From: Patellaria atrata CBS 101060
Taxonomy: Eukaryota
Direction of reading: 5' to 3'
NCBI GenBank assembly: GCA_010093705.1
Contig: MU006090.1
Location: 833,817-897,816 of the forward strand
Length of the DNA stretch: 64,000 nucleotides
Part shown: positions 35,924 through 49,814 of the stretch, one piece after another
Numbering within the stretch: position 1 is the first letter of the stretch
How the letters are laid out: each line of letters begins with the position of its first letter
Notes under the pieces: model-generated
What the model saw: only the letters and a program-made list of their open reading frames with translations
What the model was told of the DNA's origin: nothing
Databases searched by the model: none
Translations under genes and position numbers: made by a program

Positions 35924-37846
35924 TTAACGACGAGGTATAGGAGCTTGAAAAGGGTTGTTAGACATCGACTCGGTCCGTCGGGGACTATTCATGTGACCAT
36001 TAAATGAATTTGTGGGCATCGGTTCCCCAGGACGTGGCAAAGTCATATTTCTTTCAGATGTGGCATTCGAGAACTTCTGAGTCACGCTATGAGACAAATG
36101 CTCCGCTTCGTCTAAGGATGATGTTAGAGCCCTCGATGACGAAGGGATTGGTTTTATCGTTTGTGTGGCTTGCATGTTTTCAATCTCTCGAAGTGGTTTC
36201 CTTGCTGACAAGTCTGCTGGATATTCTTGCTGGGCTGGTTCTTGGGCCGGTGTGGTACCCAACCCATGCGGTTGATTTGCTAGGAAGAAAGATCCAGAAA
36301 TTGGCCTGAATGAGGCATTGGTGACGGGACCTCCCGTGAATTGCCAGGATGTATTGACACTAAAGAACTGGTCTTGTTTTTCACCTTGCTGCTGTAAGGG
36401 TGGGAGCGTCCGGAGCGAGTCTGTCATTGTGACAGAACTATCTTCCCTTTTCAACTCGTGATTATCGAGGACGTTATTGGGCGGCGGTATAGAGCCAAAC
36501 TCCGAATTCCAACTAGACGCGGTTGAATTCATATCGGAATCTTCAACATCTGCCTGAGATTCAGAAGTTAACAACGGTAGTGAGCTCTCAGTCAATTCCT
36601 TGCCATTAGAACCAGGTTTGTTCGACATCTTCTCGTTCAACCCTGACATTCTTGGTCTAGAGAAAGTTGGAATAGATCTTTCGTTTGGCTGTCGGGAAAG
36701 GTTAGTGAGAGAAGGTTTATGTGAAGTGATCTTAGGCCGAGGTTGGCAGCAAGGCCCATACAAGGACCATTCATCATGCTCTCTATCCCGATTGAATGAC
36801 CTCAGCCTGCTTTGCAACTTTTGTACTTTAGGTCGATTGGTGGCATCTTCATTCAACATGTCCCCAATCAAGAGAAGAACATACTTCAAATTCGCGGTAC
36901 GCTTATCCATTTTCGAAGCCTTAATGCACTCAAGGCATAGGTCTTGAATACTGCTGAGATTGGCATGATAAGAACGATCTGCCTCTCGGCAGTAGGTCCG
37001 AAGGTCGGCCATCGTTTTATCGGCCATACAGACAGACCATATCACTTCAAGAAACACGCAGCCGAGTGAAAATATATCCACGGGACGTGAACTATCCTCG
37101 TATCGTGCCATTTCTGGAGCAAAATACTTTGCGGTACCGCGGTTACCATTATTGGTCTCACTATGCGGTAATTGAGAGAAGTCCGTAGAACAGTCGAAGT
37201 CAGTGAGCCAGATTCCGAATGAAGATAATAGAATATTAGACGGTTTGATATCTTTATGTCGTATATCCATAGTATGGATATATGCTACTGCTGAGAGAAG
37301 ACATCCTATTCTCTCACACAAAAGCCTTCTTGCGGAGAGAAGAGCCGAAGAGCAGCTATCGACATTGATATCAAGTGCCCTAAAGCGATGGTATGCTTCT
37401 GGGTTGGATTTCTTAACCTCGAGTAACCTAGTGTTCGACTTAAAGACGTCTAGGTCGTCCAAGAATTGCTTGAGATCGCACTCAGCAACAGGCCAAATGA
37501 GGATGCGTGTAATCCCACAGTGAGTCATGGATCCGGCAAGTGTTACGACATGGATGTTGTTGAGTCTTTTGAGGTTATCAATCTCTGTTCGTGCATTTTT
37601 ACATCGCGTCGTCTTCCAGGCCAGAGCAACTCCTTTACAGATAGTTTTAAAGACGAGTCCATTAGCACCTTCACCTAATACGTCTTCTTCCTCTAGAGGA
37701 ATTGGATCAGCACCTCGAAAATCGGTATGAAAACCTTTTCCACACCAATCTTCCCAAACTGAGGATGTTGCTTCTTGGAGCGTCATCCCTTTCTTTAGTC
37801 TCTCTTTCACAAGTTCATCCCGCTCAGCCGCAACGTCTTGGCCCAT
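35924..37846 (-). CDS. Ser/Thr protein kinase with DFD in place of DFG and a long disordered C-tail
   Basis: LGEGANGLV, LAWK, HKDIKPSNIL, TDFD, GTAKYFAPE, DIFSLGCVFLE, RP; 640-aa uninterrupted ORF. Confidence 0.88.
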   Translation of the reverse strand: MGQDVAAERDELVKERLKKGMTLQEATSSVWEDWCGKGFHTDFRGADPIPLEEEDVLGEGANGLVFKTICKGVALAWKTTRCKNARTEIDNLKRLNNIHVVTLAGSMTHCGITRILIWPVAECDLKQFLDDLDVFKSNTRLLEVKKSNPEAYHRFRALDINVDSCSSALLSARRLLCERIGCLLSAVAYIHTMDIRHKDIKPSNILLSSFGIWLTDFDCSTDFSQLPHSETNNGNRGTAKYFAPEMARYEDSSRPVDIFSLGCVFLEVIWSVCMADKTMADLRTYCREADRSYHANLSSIQDLCLECIKASKMDKRTANLKYVLLLIGDMLNEDATNRPKVQKLQSRLRSFNRDREHDEWSLYGPCCQPRPKITSHKPSLTNLSRQPNERSIPTFSRPRMSGLNEKMSNKPGSNGKELTESSLPLLTSESQADVEDSDMNSTASSWNSEFGSIPPPNNVLDNHELKREDSSVTMTDSLRTLPPLQQQGEKQDQFFSVNTSWQFTGGPVTNASFRPISGSFFLANQPHGLGTTPAQEPAQQEYPADLSARKPLREIENMQATQTIKPIPSSSRALTSSLDEAEHLSHSVTQKFSNATSERNMTLPRPGEPMPTNSFNGHMNSPRRTESMSNNPFQAPIPRR

Positions 37847-38961
37847 GTTTGACCGGCCTCTCAGCCTTGCGGCAATAAAGGTCTCGGCGGGAATTGCTCA
37901 ACGACTCGCATCCAGCACCGAAAGGTGAAGGGAAGGTAATGACTGATAGAAAGAAATGAGAAGTTTGATGGAGAATGAAGGAAGATTCGATTGTGGCATC
38001 GTTCGCCAGATATTTTTTTCAAAGAACACTGGAAGGGCTCCATGATGTTCAAATACCAGTGAAGGCGATGACTTTGATGCGTTGGTCTTGCATACTGCTT
38101 CATAAGTTTATTAGAAGCGAGGCGCGGTGCAAGGAGGATGGATGAATGGTTGATGCGTTAGAATATTCCTTCACAGACCATACTGTACCAACGGGCCAGC
38201 CCAAGGTGGCCCTTCAGGGCGACCCGTCTAGTGAGAGGTGTAGTACCCAGTCTTTCATGTATCTGTTCTACCAATGATCATGGAGTATTTCCTCGAATAA
38301 CTGCATGACATGTTGGACTGAAGCTTACAAGATCTTCTCCAATCATAAGCAGAGTACACCAGTCAGATCTGTTATAGGGTGAGATCCATGCAGCCAGCGC
38401 CGACGAGCTCCTTGAGTTGTCAGCGAGCCCTTTTCGCTGTCAGTCGAATTTTGACCCTGACCTGCCAGCGCATCATCGAGTCTTCCTGGAGATGTTCACC
38501 AACTCAGCTTCAGACTTGGATACTAGCCCATTTCAGTTAATCGAAAAGCTGTTGACAACTCGGAATTGGATAATCGACAACGCGCCACCATACCTGTAGA
38601 CGATGATAACCGTTGCTCTCTAGAGACAGAAAGGTCGCACTATCATCCTTCTTTCTAAAAGTTAACATTCGATACTGTAAATTTAACGGAGTAGGTCGCG
38701 TTTCGCCAGGGAAGAAGATATCTCAGGTGCGTTCGGACTTTGTATAATTGACAGATGCTCTTGTGCTGAGGTGAGGTTAGTGTCCCACGGAATGGGAGAT
38801 CGGAACAGGGAAGCAAAGCACCCCAGTGATGTCACAACATCACTACCTTAGCAGCTCAAGAAAATTCCCCAGACACTACTCGTTGCAAGAATTATTCATT
38901 ATGAACTACCTCGACTTCCAATGAACTCTCTATAGACCTCAAACCACCTTAAGCAGGCACA

Positions 38962-40687
38962 ATGCTCTTGCTACGGCAGCGAGCGCTCCCCTTCCTTGTC
39001 CAAGTGGCTCCAGCGACTCGAACAGCTACAACATATAACATCCCTTTTCGCAGATTTCCTGTCCAAGTCAATATAAAAAGATCGATATCTTCGACAATTA
39101 GACGTCTAGGCCTAGAAGGTAGTGTCTATATCCCTGCCGAAAAGCTAAACCACGATGTCACCGAACAGGAAAAGAAAGACTACGATACAGCAGTGGCAGA
39201 GAACAAGGGGAAGGAGGTCCGCACCCCGTGGCATCGTGAGGGTTCAGATACACCACCTGTGTCTAGAGCAAGATCAGCTAGTGCTATGACCAAAGGTACC
39301 TTCCTCCACACCTCATCACGGAGTAGAATTGCTCACCAAATTCTAGGAAAACTTCTTACCACCCCCTCCCGCATGCTGAAACTTATTCTACCTCTAACAA
39401 CTCGAGATAACAACAAGGACCGTAAAGATCAAGCGCCCCTCGCTCTCCTGGTACACCCTCAACAACCCCTCTCTTACCTCGAGCGCCTCATCCAATCAGA
39501 ACTCCCGGTCCTGAAAGATGGCGAAAAAGAGCGCATTCCCAACGTCTGGTTCAGGGCGGAAGATTCGATGCAAGATAGCAATATCGAAGGTAAACAGCTC
39601 CGAAGCGAAGAAGATAAAGAAGACAGAAAAAAGCAAATCAAAGAAGAAGTTGAGGAAGAGCTCGATGAAGAAAACAAGAAGGACTCAAAGGATTTGGACG
39701 AACCCGACAGCGTCCGTATCGATGGAAAAACTCACCGAACTGGGAAACTAAACCGCAAGAGTCCCTCCCGAGCCAAAATGCTCCGTGGTGCTGAAGGAGA
39801 AGGCGGCGTAGAGTCGTACTCTGGCCTAGGACACGAGGCGACTGACGAGCAAAAACCGGAAGAGCGCAAGTTTGTGCGCTGGTCTAGTAGTACTGAGATC
39901 GGTGACTTTATTCGCGACGCTGCTCGTGGACAAGAATTTGCCATCGAGATTGAGGGTGCGCCAAATGACATAAGGGTAGGAGTACCCAGCTTTAATGACC
40001 GCACGTACTATCTTCGCATGCGGTTACGGAATACCAGCAAGAAGATCAGTGAGATGGCGAGCGTGAAGCAGGAGTGCGATAAATTAGCGCACAAGAGCGC
40101 GCAGAGGTTCGCCATGGCCGGCGGTGGTATCCTCTGTGGGTGGTGGTATCTGGTTTACCGGTTGACGTTCGAGACGGAGTTGGGATGGGATGTTATGGAA
40201 CCTGTGACGGTAAGTAATTTCAATACTTTCTCCCTCCAATCTTCAATATATGTTTATATTATTCCCAAAATTCCATCCCTTCAAACTTAATATTCATAAA
40301 ACACCCATCCCCAGTTCAACACAGTCAGTGTGAAGCCGTCATGAATCAGAACTGATGAAACAGTATCTCGTCGGTCTCTCAACCCTCATAGGCGGCTACA
40401 TATGGTTCCTCTACCACAACCGCGAAGTCTCCTACAAGTCCGCCATGAACATCACCATTTCGCGCCGCCAGCAAAAGCTCTATCAAATGCACAGTTTCGA
40501 CCTCGCCAAATGGGAGTCCCTTATTGAAGACGGCAATGCACTCAGGAAGGAGATTAAGGCCGTGGCCAACGAGTATGATGTCGAGTGGAACGAAAAGGAT
40601 GATGAGAGCGATGAGAGGGTGCATGAGGCGTTGAGGAAGGAACGGGAGAAGAAGAAGGGGAAAAAGAAGGATGATGACGAGGATTAG
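38962..40687 (+). CDS. MCU: Mitochondrial calcium uniporter
   Basis: Presequence-like N-terminus, LVHPQQPLSYLERLI, VRWSSSTEIGDFIRDAA, selectivity filter WDVMEPVT|YLV; introns 39296-39346 and 40210-40363. Confidence 0.95.
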
Positions 40688-40956
40688 GGGTTGGGGTGGA
40701 GTAATGTAAGTGAGATGATTTGGCTAGAGCTAGGGCTAGGAGGAGGATTCGGAAACTTTACCGTGCATAGCGAGGGCGTCAATGGGGATCAAGTGATATC
40801 ACCGTATTCAAATATATTTGCATGTATATAACACCCATGAAGAGACGAGATAGGATCGATCCATGTTTATGAAAAACACGAACTAGAACCGTAAAAAAGT
40901 AATAAATGTTCCATACACCCAAAGAAAAAAGACGAAATCAGCTCTGGACAACCCAT

Positions 40957-42644
40957 CTACCAAATAATTCCACCAGCGGATCTGCACGCTGTGATAAGCG
41001 GCGGCGGCGTCGTTGTTGTGGTAATTGTGATACTATATTTGAATTAGAATATCTAGCGAAGCAAATGGATGAGAGTAAGGAAGGGGGCACCCACGTTTGG
41101 GAAAGAACCTTGGTAGTGGTATAGGAAGTTGTGACCGTGTATTTTGTAACCCTCTTTGTGGGAGTGGGAGCCGTTACCGTGACAACGGGAGCCGTGGTCT
41201 TGCCGCTGAGAACTGTTATAGGAGGAGGTGTGCTGGTAACGACCTTTGTGGTTGGAACTAGGTTTATTTAGTACGGATTCAGTTATATGGACGGAGAGAT
41301 GGTAGTGGACAGGGAGTCCAAATCACTTCCTTGTATGTGGTGTACAGAAGGTTGATAAAGGACACGGCACTCGCCGTTCTCCAGAAAGAAGATTAAATAA
41401 CTCACCTGTGACAGTAACAGTAATAGCTCCTCCTGTACTTGTGCTCGTCGTAGTCACAAAATTTGAGGCGTTTGTCTCGGTAACAACCAATGGCTGTGGA
41501 TCAGGGGCTCGGCCTACGATCTGGCGGACTTCTTGAAGATATGCTCTACGCTTTATGACGCCTTCCACAAGGTCTTTGACGATCTTGTCTTGACTGCGAC
41601 GAATCTTAACCCCTGCGGCATTAGTCTCAAAGGCTTGCGCATGGACAACGGTTGGGATGATAGTAGCTGTGGGATCTGCGAATGGCTGCTTGGTAGGAGT
41701 ATGGCAAGACGCTGTTTTAGTCTTAGTAACTTTGATAACGGAAACAGTGTATTTGGTGGCAAATATGGTCAAGATCGTCTTTGTTGTGGTAACCGTCACC
41801 GGCGCTGGAGTTTTTGTGATTGTTGGAGTAATTGTAGTAGATGGTCTTGTGACAGTTGATGGTGGAAGTACTGAAGTGGAAGTTTCCGTGGTGGTGGCAG
41901 TAGCGCCTATAAGAAGATAGATTAGATCCTATTTAAGTTCCCTTGTGGCGTTGTATTACTTACTAATGACCGGGTTTGTTACGACTAATGCGGTAACAGT
42001 TGGAGTAAACTAAACGTTGACTCTTAGAAAGCTGTGTCATAGGATTTTAGTACGGAAGTGTACGTACAGTTGATGTGCTTTGGGGTCCAACAGTTAGTAC
42101 GAAGTCACGCTCATAGGCAATTGGATCAGCGTCTCCATTATTGCTAATGATGAGGATAGACCAATCTCCTGATATTAGCTGATTTTTGAGGATGGGACTA
42201 GGAAGGTTAGAATTCAATATATCAGTAGATGGGTGTCTAAGTGACTCCTTACCATGTCGACATTCGGGTGGTATCATCAGGTTGCATTGGAGTATCTGAG
42301 CATTGCAGTTGGTCACCATAGGGGTCGACGAGTAGATTAAGAGCGTCGACATTTTGACAATCTGTAAATGTGAGCCTATTTAATCGTCATCAGTGATATA
42401 TGATCATACCATCAAACTGTTGAGCAAACGTGAAGGGCTCGGAAGATAGAGAGTTTTGGAAGTAACTTCCACCATGCTGAAAATCCATGCCGTAAGCGTG
42501 ACAAGTTGGATATTGACGCTTCAGAAGAGAAGAGGACCAGATAGATCGCCCCTCCTCCCTTGGACTTGGGACAAGAGCATGTATGCCATTGGTGAAGAAG
42601 AATGCTAACAGTGCTGCCGCACTAAAAGAGTGAAGGAAGGACAT
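40957..42644 (-). CDS. Secreted Thr-rich glycoprotein, multi-exon, unknown function
   Basis: Signal peptide MSFLHSFSAAALLAFFF, KR site, CHAYGMDFQHGGSYFQN, SGDWSILIISNNGDADPIAYERDF, Thr-rich stalks with further RR/KR sites; ends ACRSAGGIIW*. Confidence 0.82.
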
Positions 42645-45600
42645 AGTTAGAACCAGTATAGCTTCGAGGGAGCACAAAGACTACAGAGTCAACTTTAGTA
42701 AAGTCACAATGAATGAATGAAGACTGAGCTCTGCAAGACTAATTGTATACCTATCTGTGAAGGGGACTTTACTATTCTTAATAGGAGATTCCATCTGGGG
42801 CGGTAAGAGTGTTCCGATAACCTCTGATAGTTCCTTGGTCTGGTGTCTCAATCTAGACGGCAACCTCAATCCATAATTAGTTCGTGCTCCCAGCAATGAC
42901 ACCTATTCAACACGGGCCGTACTGCAGGACGATTAAGCGAGTAAGCAATGTTTGACTTTGTAGAACGCCAAAGGCGCCTAGGAAAGATCTTCGCCTAAAG
43001 CATCCGGATAACTGCTTCGCTTCTTCAACAATCTTCGAGGAACTGAACTCGCTTAGAATACGTTCAAGGGGTACACTTTGGAGCAAGGCTGGGTTTGGAT
43101 TCAAATCCCGCATTCCTGCATAGAGCCCTGGTGAGCGAGTGGCTTGCATCTGCCATGTGCGGATGACTGAGCCCCATCCGGGAAACTGGAACGAGGGAAG
43201 TTATTGAAAATCTCTTATAGCTGAAAATTGACATGGATGTATGGTCAACAAAATGTCAGATGAGCGAGAGGACTCATTAGGTCTCACATAGTAGGCAGAT
43301 ATCCACAGGGGGGGCATGATATTGTGGAATGATTTGAAGTTCCATCTGACTGTGTAGAAGAGAAATGCTCAATGTCTCGAGGAAATAATGCTGTATCCCA
43401 GGGGATCCCGAAAGGAGGTTTGTTTTCAGAAGCTATAGATATTGGACGAGCGGTGTAACACCTTCCCAGTATTGACTGAACACGTAGACCCACGGAAAAA
43501 GATCAGGGTAGGGATCCAGTCATAGGGTCAATAAACTATTGAATGTAACTAGCAACATGCAGCTAAACTTCAAATATTGAGTAATAGAATGAGCATAGAG
43601 AAGAGTGTAGAGACAAACACACTGGGAAGAGCAAAGGAAGAGATTCCAAAAAATCCTAGTATCATGAGAAATGGTAAGTCCTGACGCGTACTGCTCGTAA
43701 AGGTTCCGCTTCAACAACAAGGGTAGACGAATGAATTCGGACTTATGCATGGCGTGAATTCTATAATATTTGTATTTTCGGCAGGTTTGCTAATGCTCTT
43801 GTAGGGCCCACTAGTTTTTGTTGGTAAAAATGTACCTACAGTGGAGAATCGAAGGATGAGAATAGGTCTACCTCTCGGCCCTACACTACTAGATCACTAA
43901 ATTACTGAATAGAGATAAGAGAAAGGAGCTTGTTGGCGCCTACGAGCATAAGGCATAGCACTCCCGCAATGCGAGGTCATGGGTAGGCTAATTTGAAAGC
44001 TGTAAGTTCAGAGAACTAGAGGCACCCCAAGGACGGGATCCTCCACCTCTGGAGTAAGTGTATAGGGAGAGGTGAATGTAGATCTCGAAGAGCGGAAGCC
44101 TAAGGAAGGCGAGTGGGAGCTGCAATGCTCTGTCTCATGCAGGAAGTATGTCGTACCATGTTGGTCGATAGTCAGATGTAGAGAAGTCTCCCTGAACCGA
44201 CACTAGGACACGAGAGACAAGCTTTTCTTACCACCTTCGACTCTCCCCCTTGTCCCATGAGGTCGGAACAAGGTGTTACCGACCTTTGCCCGGTCCGCAA
44301 ACTTTTGGCCAATCGTATCTCTTAACCGGTTTTTGGATAATCATCCTCAGGTGTTTCCCTTGCCGGCAGCTCTTGGCTCCCTTAGAACGCGAAAACCGCC
44401 CATCCACGACATCCCAACTCACCACAGCCCACTACGACTTCACCTCCTCCATCTCACTTTGGTTCCAACCCATACCCATTACCCCCACCTTAACCCCCCC
44501 TAAAACAGGGTCTTCTACAGTGATATCAAGAGGTCTACAGTAGTTGACCTTGCTTGCAGGTCTTCTCTCATCCACCCACCCGATTCAGTTGATATCGCCG
44601 GCTTACTTCTCATACCACAACACCGACTCAAACTTACCTAACCACGGCTCGTATAATCCTTCAGCGGGCCTTGCAGCGGAGATCTACAGTCGTAACCTTG
44701 CCGCTGTGGCTTCTTGTTCGTCGTCCCGAACGTGCCGGGCCGCGATGCTCCAAATCTTTGATCTTACTGGATACTTCTAGCTTTCGTCTGTGGCGTCATG
44801 TACTCCTGGTGGCTTACCCTCAGAATACTACTTGCTTGCGCTTCCATGTGCATGATCTTTATCGGCTGTTGTGCTATGCTCACTGCATACGAGACCACCG
44901 AGACCAGATTCCGAGTACTCGGAACGCCAATCCGGGAAAATGCGACAGCTGCGATATCGACCTGTCAGTGGCTGCGGCTACGACCGTACCTGTTGATTTC
45001 TTTCCAGTCTCTCCAGCCCGCATGTTCGTCTGCATTTCTAGTCCTATGTAAGTGTAGAACTTGCAGCTATGCAGATTCCGTCTAATTGCAGGTCACTTGA
45101 AGCGAAGAAGAAGCCACACACTGCAGATCCACATCACACCTGCTGAAGCATCGAACTTATCCGGTGTACGTACCGCTTGTTTCTCCCGATTTCTCCGTCT
45201 CTTTTCTTTGCTTTCCGAATCAGAATAGTCCTTAAGCCGTATAGAATTATACTGTGTCTTTCCTTTAGTACTTGATGACGGTAAGCTTCACGCAAATAAT
45301 TAATCATTCTGAAGATATGCCCATTTGACATATCATCAATTTGTCTGCCTTGCTTACTTTACATTATCCAACAGGGGAGGTAGCCCCCATTTACCAACCA
45401 TCGGCCATATGATATATGGCTGCTCTTCAACATGTATACACCAAACATATGGTAAGTAGTTTGCCGAGCTATCGAAGCAACTGCCGCCCCGAATCCCGGA
45501 CGTCGTACTGTCTCATATAACTGGAGCTGAAAGCTCGAAATATTCATAACATAGTGACACAAAACGTGGTGATCGAACCCATGTTTTCGCAGGGATCTTC

Positions 45601-46054
45601 TTCATTCTAGGATCATGTTCTTACCTCCGACCACCCTGTTCTCCGTTGATCTTTAGAAGACACTAGAACCTCGTGCAGCCTTCAGTCACCATGATGCTGG
45701 GTTTACAGGCCTCAAGCGCGGCTAACCAGATTTCACTTCAAGCACGGGCATAGCTATTCCTAGCACACTGGACGGCAATTGTGCCAATTCTAGATTCTCT
45801 TCAGAGTTGACCGGGTTTTGCTAACTCATAGGGGCTTGCCTGCATGTGAGATATCCAGGTCCACCCTCTACGAGGCCACGACTCAACAGCGGGTGAAATA
45901 GGTAATGCGTTAATATATAATTTGATATCTCCATCTTTTAACAGTCGCTGTTCAGCATTCATCCAAAGGTGTTTCTCCATCTGTCGTTTGCATTCGCAGT
46001 TGTTTTCCAACGGTCCGTCTCTGCGGCCTGAATATTGATAGTGTTTCTATTGCA

Positions 46055-48029
46055 ATGTATTTCAAACAGCTTGTTGCAAGCGTACTCTTACTATGTTCCT
46101 CAAAAACGTTTGGGGAACAACTCCCTCCAGACCACATACTCTGGGGTGAAAGAGGTGCTGCTGGCGCAACTCTTATCCGGCGTCAAGCCACAACTTCGAC
46201 AAGTACACGTGTGCCAGATGCAGCATGCACGAATAGTCCACGATCTCGCAATTGCTGGGACAATGGACATAGTGTAGCTACCGATTTTGATAGGAAATGG
46301 CCCGACACTGGGAAAATTGTTCGAGTAAGATCACCTACAGTCCCTAAGGCTCCTGCCTTCAGATACTGATTCTTCTTAGTATTCTCTTACCGTGACTAAC
46401 TCTACATGTAATCCTGATGGAAATGGAAATCGTCCATGTCTTTTGATTAACGGTCGGTACCCAGGACCAGTGATTACTGCAGGTAAGAAACTCTGGATCG
46501 AAATGTCGAAATTTGTACTAAGTCCGAATAGATTGGGGTGACACACTGCAAGTCACTGTGAAGAACTCCATGCAGGATAATGGAACATCCATCCATTGGC
46601 ATGGTCTTCGTCAGTTGAATACAGTAACCCATGATGGCGTGAATGGAATTACTGAATGTAAGTATCATCATCATCAGAATGTGATTCGAGATTGGCATTC
46701 TTATGAATGTGTAAAGGTCCCATTGCGCCGGGAGATACGAGAGTTTACACTTTCAAGTGTACTCAATTCGGGACTACCTGGTATCACTCGCATTTTAGTG
46801 CTCAATATGGTGATGGTGTGGTCGGCACAATCATGATCAACGGTCCTGCTAGTGCCAACTACGATATTGACCTTGGGACGTATCCGGTGACTGATTGGTA
46901 CTATAAAACAGCATTCCAATTGGAAGAAGAAGCGGACGCAGCCCTCCAGTCAGGCCGTGGACCGCCCCCAGGCGACAATATCCTTGTAAACGGTACCAAT
47001 AAGAATCCCAATGGCGGCGGTAGTTATGGTACCGTCAAGATCACCAAGGGCAAGAAATACCGTTTACGTCTCATCAACACAAGTGTGGATGCTAATATTC
47101 GCGTTTCTCTGGATAACCACCCTTTTCAAATCATCACTGCTGATCTAGTGCCCATAAAACCTATTACCGCAAATTGGGTCCTCCTCGCTATTGGCCAGCG
47201 TTACGATGTAATCTTTACCGCCAATCAGACCGAGGGTAGCTACTGGTTCAGAGCTGAAATCGCTCGTGACTGTGCAAGCGCGAACAACTATTTTGGTCGA
47301 AGTATATTCACCTACGACACGGTTGCAGTCACTACACCGACATCTACTGCAGCAACAGCTCCAAACACATGCGTGGACATGGGACCGCTCGTCCCGTGGG
47401 TTGCTAACACCGTTCCTAGTGATCTATTCACTAGTCAAGTCAAGAACCTGAACGTGGACATAGGTGTGGAGCAAATTACCACTAACGGTAAAAATATCGT
47501 CGTCTGGGGTGTCAATTTGACTGCTATTGACATCGCTTGGGACAAACCCACCATCCAATATGTCATTGACCGCAATACAAGCTATCCGCGGACATACAAC
47601 CTGATAGAAATTCCAAATGAAGGAACTTGGACATATTGGATCATCCAAGAGACACCTGGAACACCAGTACCTATTCCTCATCCAATTCATTTGCACGGAC
47701 ACGACTATTACGTCCTTGGAGCTGGCACTGGCCTATTCGACAAGACTACATCCACAGCCACGCTGCAATTTAACAATCCAATCCGACGAGACACAGCGTT
47801 CTTACCTGCGAACGGTTGGCTGGCGATCGCTTTCCCAACTGACAATCCTGGCGCTTGGTTGATGCATTGTCACATCGCATGGCATGTCAGCCAAGGACTC
47901 GGGGTCCAATTCCTCGAAAGCAAGAGCACCATTCCTTTGCCTGGATCTGACTGGCACAATACCTGCAACAAGTGGCGTACCTACTGGGATGGAACTCCAG
48001 CATGGCCTAAGCAAGATTCAGGCTTGTAG
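46055..48029 (+). CDS. Laccase (multicopper oxidase, ascomycete type)
   Basis: Signal and pro-peptide, HWHG, WYHSHF, HPIHLHGH, HCHIAWH..GL, C-terminal DSGL; three introns (~46324-46379, ~46482-46532, ~46658-46717). Confidence 0.96.
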
Positions 48030-49400
48030 GAATGGGTTCTCTTGGTTTGAAATATTTACTCTCGTTTTTTTTCCTATTTCCGAAGCAAAGAGCAATAATG
48101 TCTGTGGATCTGCTCTCCTCTATCCATTCATTTACGATGCAGGTCATGTTTGATACATGATCACATTGATTGGTGTGGTTAGCTAGGTATTGTAAACAAT
48201 AAACGAGTTTTGTTCTAAATAAAGCACATATTATCGTTATAGCGCGCGTGGACCTATAAACAACATTACACTGCGTTCAGAGTAGCTAAGCCCTATCTAT
48301 TGCGTTACTTAGAGTTATGACCACAATGAATACTCGTATATCTTACCTGAACCTTTTCGTGGGGTCGATGAATAGTTGGTCCCGAGGTCTCCGATCATAA
48401 TGTTGCTTACTATTCGAATACGCAACCGTCTATATAATCCACTGACGTCCAAACAAAATGTCACGCAATAGACAAGTCGGCGAGACATCAAGGGGAAGAG
48501 ACAGAAAGTAGGCGTGGACATGACCTGGGGTGCATATTCTGTCTAATTCTGCCACGTGCATGAATCCCGCCAGGATGGTCAGAGTGCGCCAGGTTATCTT
48601 CTTTTCCTTTACAAGTATTCCTAGTAAACGGAAATCCTGGAAATGGGGGAGGATCGGTAGCCGAATCACGCCGAGCACATGCATACACGGCACTTTTCTG
48701 GATTCTCGGAGCTATCCATACCTGGTTCACCACCCTGTCTCTGCACGCCCATTCCTCCCAAACGAGGTCCATAAACACTCAGCACCAACACACCACAAGC
48801 CTAATTCCAATACTGTGTACTACGAACATTTGTAAGAGCCAAGAAGGGGCCTTAAATTCTGTGGAGATCTCTATACTCGCTATAGTGAATGCCGAGTGCC
48901 TCACTATTTGTCATTAGACTAAATGCCGTATAAACGCTTTCCCTTCACCCTATCTGCCGTATAAAGAATTCTATCCTATCAGCCACACTTTGCTTGCAAT
49001 GTTTATACTTGTATTCTCGAAACGCAACGAGGTATCTCTTGCCGACTACCAGAAACAGAAGGTGCGAAAGTACATTTCAGTATCCCCACGCGCCAGCAAC
49101 TCAATGACATTGAACATACCAATATTCGTTCCAAGACCAGAAGACCACGAATCCAGATGGAAAGATGCGCCAATCCTAAACATACAACCCTACTTTCTCC
49201 CTTTCTAGACGTGCAAACCCACAACATCCATAACCGAGTTATTTCCAAGTCCCGAAGCGTCAGTATCCCAAACCAGTACCTTTCCCGTCATACATGCCAG
49301 AATCATCCCATGGGGGTCTTCCAAATCATCAGTAGGCCAGGCCCATATCCCGTCCGTCAACCATCAGTTACACAACCATATCCCCTTCACCGCTCGTGGC

Positions 49401-49814
49401 TCATTTCTCCTCGGTTTCTTTCTTCATCACTTTCTCCACACCCTCATCCTTCCCCCTCGCACCCCTCTCGACAATCTCCTCTTGTCCCTCTTCCTCAATC
49501 TCACTCCCACTCCCGCTGCTACTACTATCCATCCCACTGAACAGCTCCTCGAAGCGCCTATTCGCCCTCTGCTCTCTATCCTCAGCCATCAACCCTTCCT
49601 CTATGCTCTCAGGTTCCTCTGTGGTCTCGACTTCGATGGGCTCCCCACCAGCACCCTCGGCACCTTCGGGACCTCCGGTGCCTTCGGCCCCTTCTTCCTC
49701 GGCCTTAGCTGCATCGAGGAGTGCGCGCTTGCGCTGGGCGAGGCGTGCAGCGAATTGGCGACGGGCGCGGGAGGGGGGAATATGAAGTGGTGCGGGGATT
49801 GAGGAGGAGGATGG
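49401..49814 (-). CDS. Probable alternative terminal exon of the SAPS gene
   Basis: CTAAC..TAG acceptor ending at 49815, then a 138-codon open frame PSSSSIPAPLHIPPSRARRQFAARLAQRK..acidic..KETEEK*, phase-compatible with a GTGGGT donor at 50439. Confidence 0.7.
   Translation of the reverse strand, partial: PSSSSIPAPLHIPPSRARRQFAARLAQRKRALLDAAKAEEEGAEGTGGPEGAEGAGGEPIEVETTEEPESIEEGLMAEDREQRANRRFEELFSGMDSSSSGSGSEIEEEGQEEIVERGARGKDEGVEKVMKKETEEK

Noticed and set aside
44671..45085. Overlapping short ORFs with hydrophobic or Cys-rich stretches
   Set aside because: No family motif or consistent splice structure.
48315..48835. Short ORFs between the laccase and SAPS
   Set aside because: Multiple overlapping frames, none with recognisable protein features.
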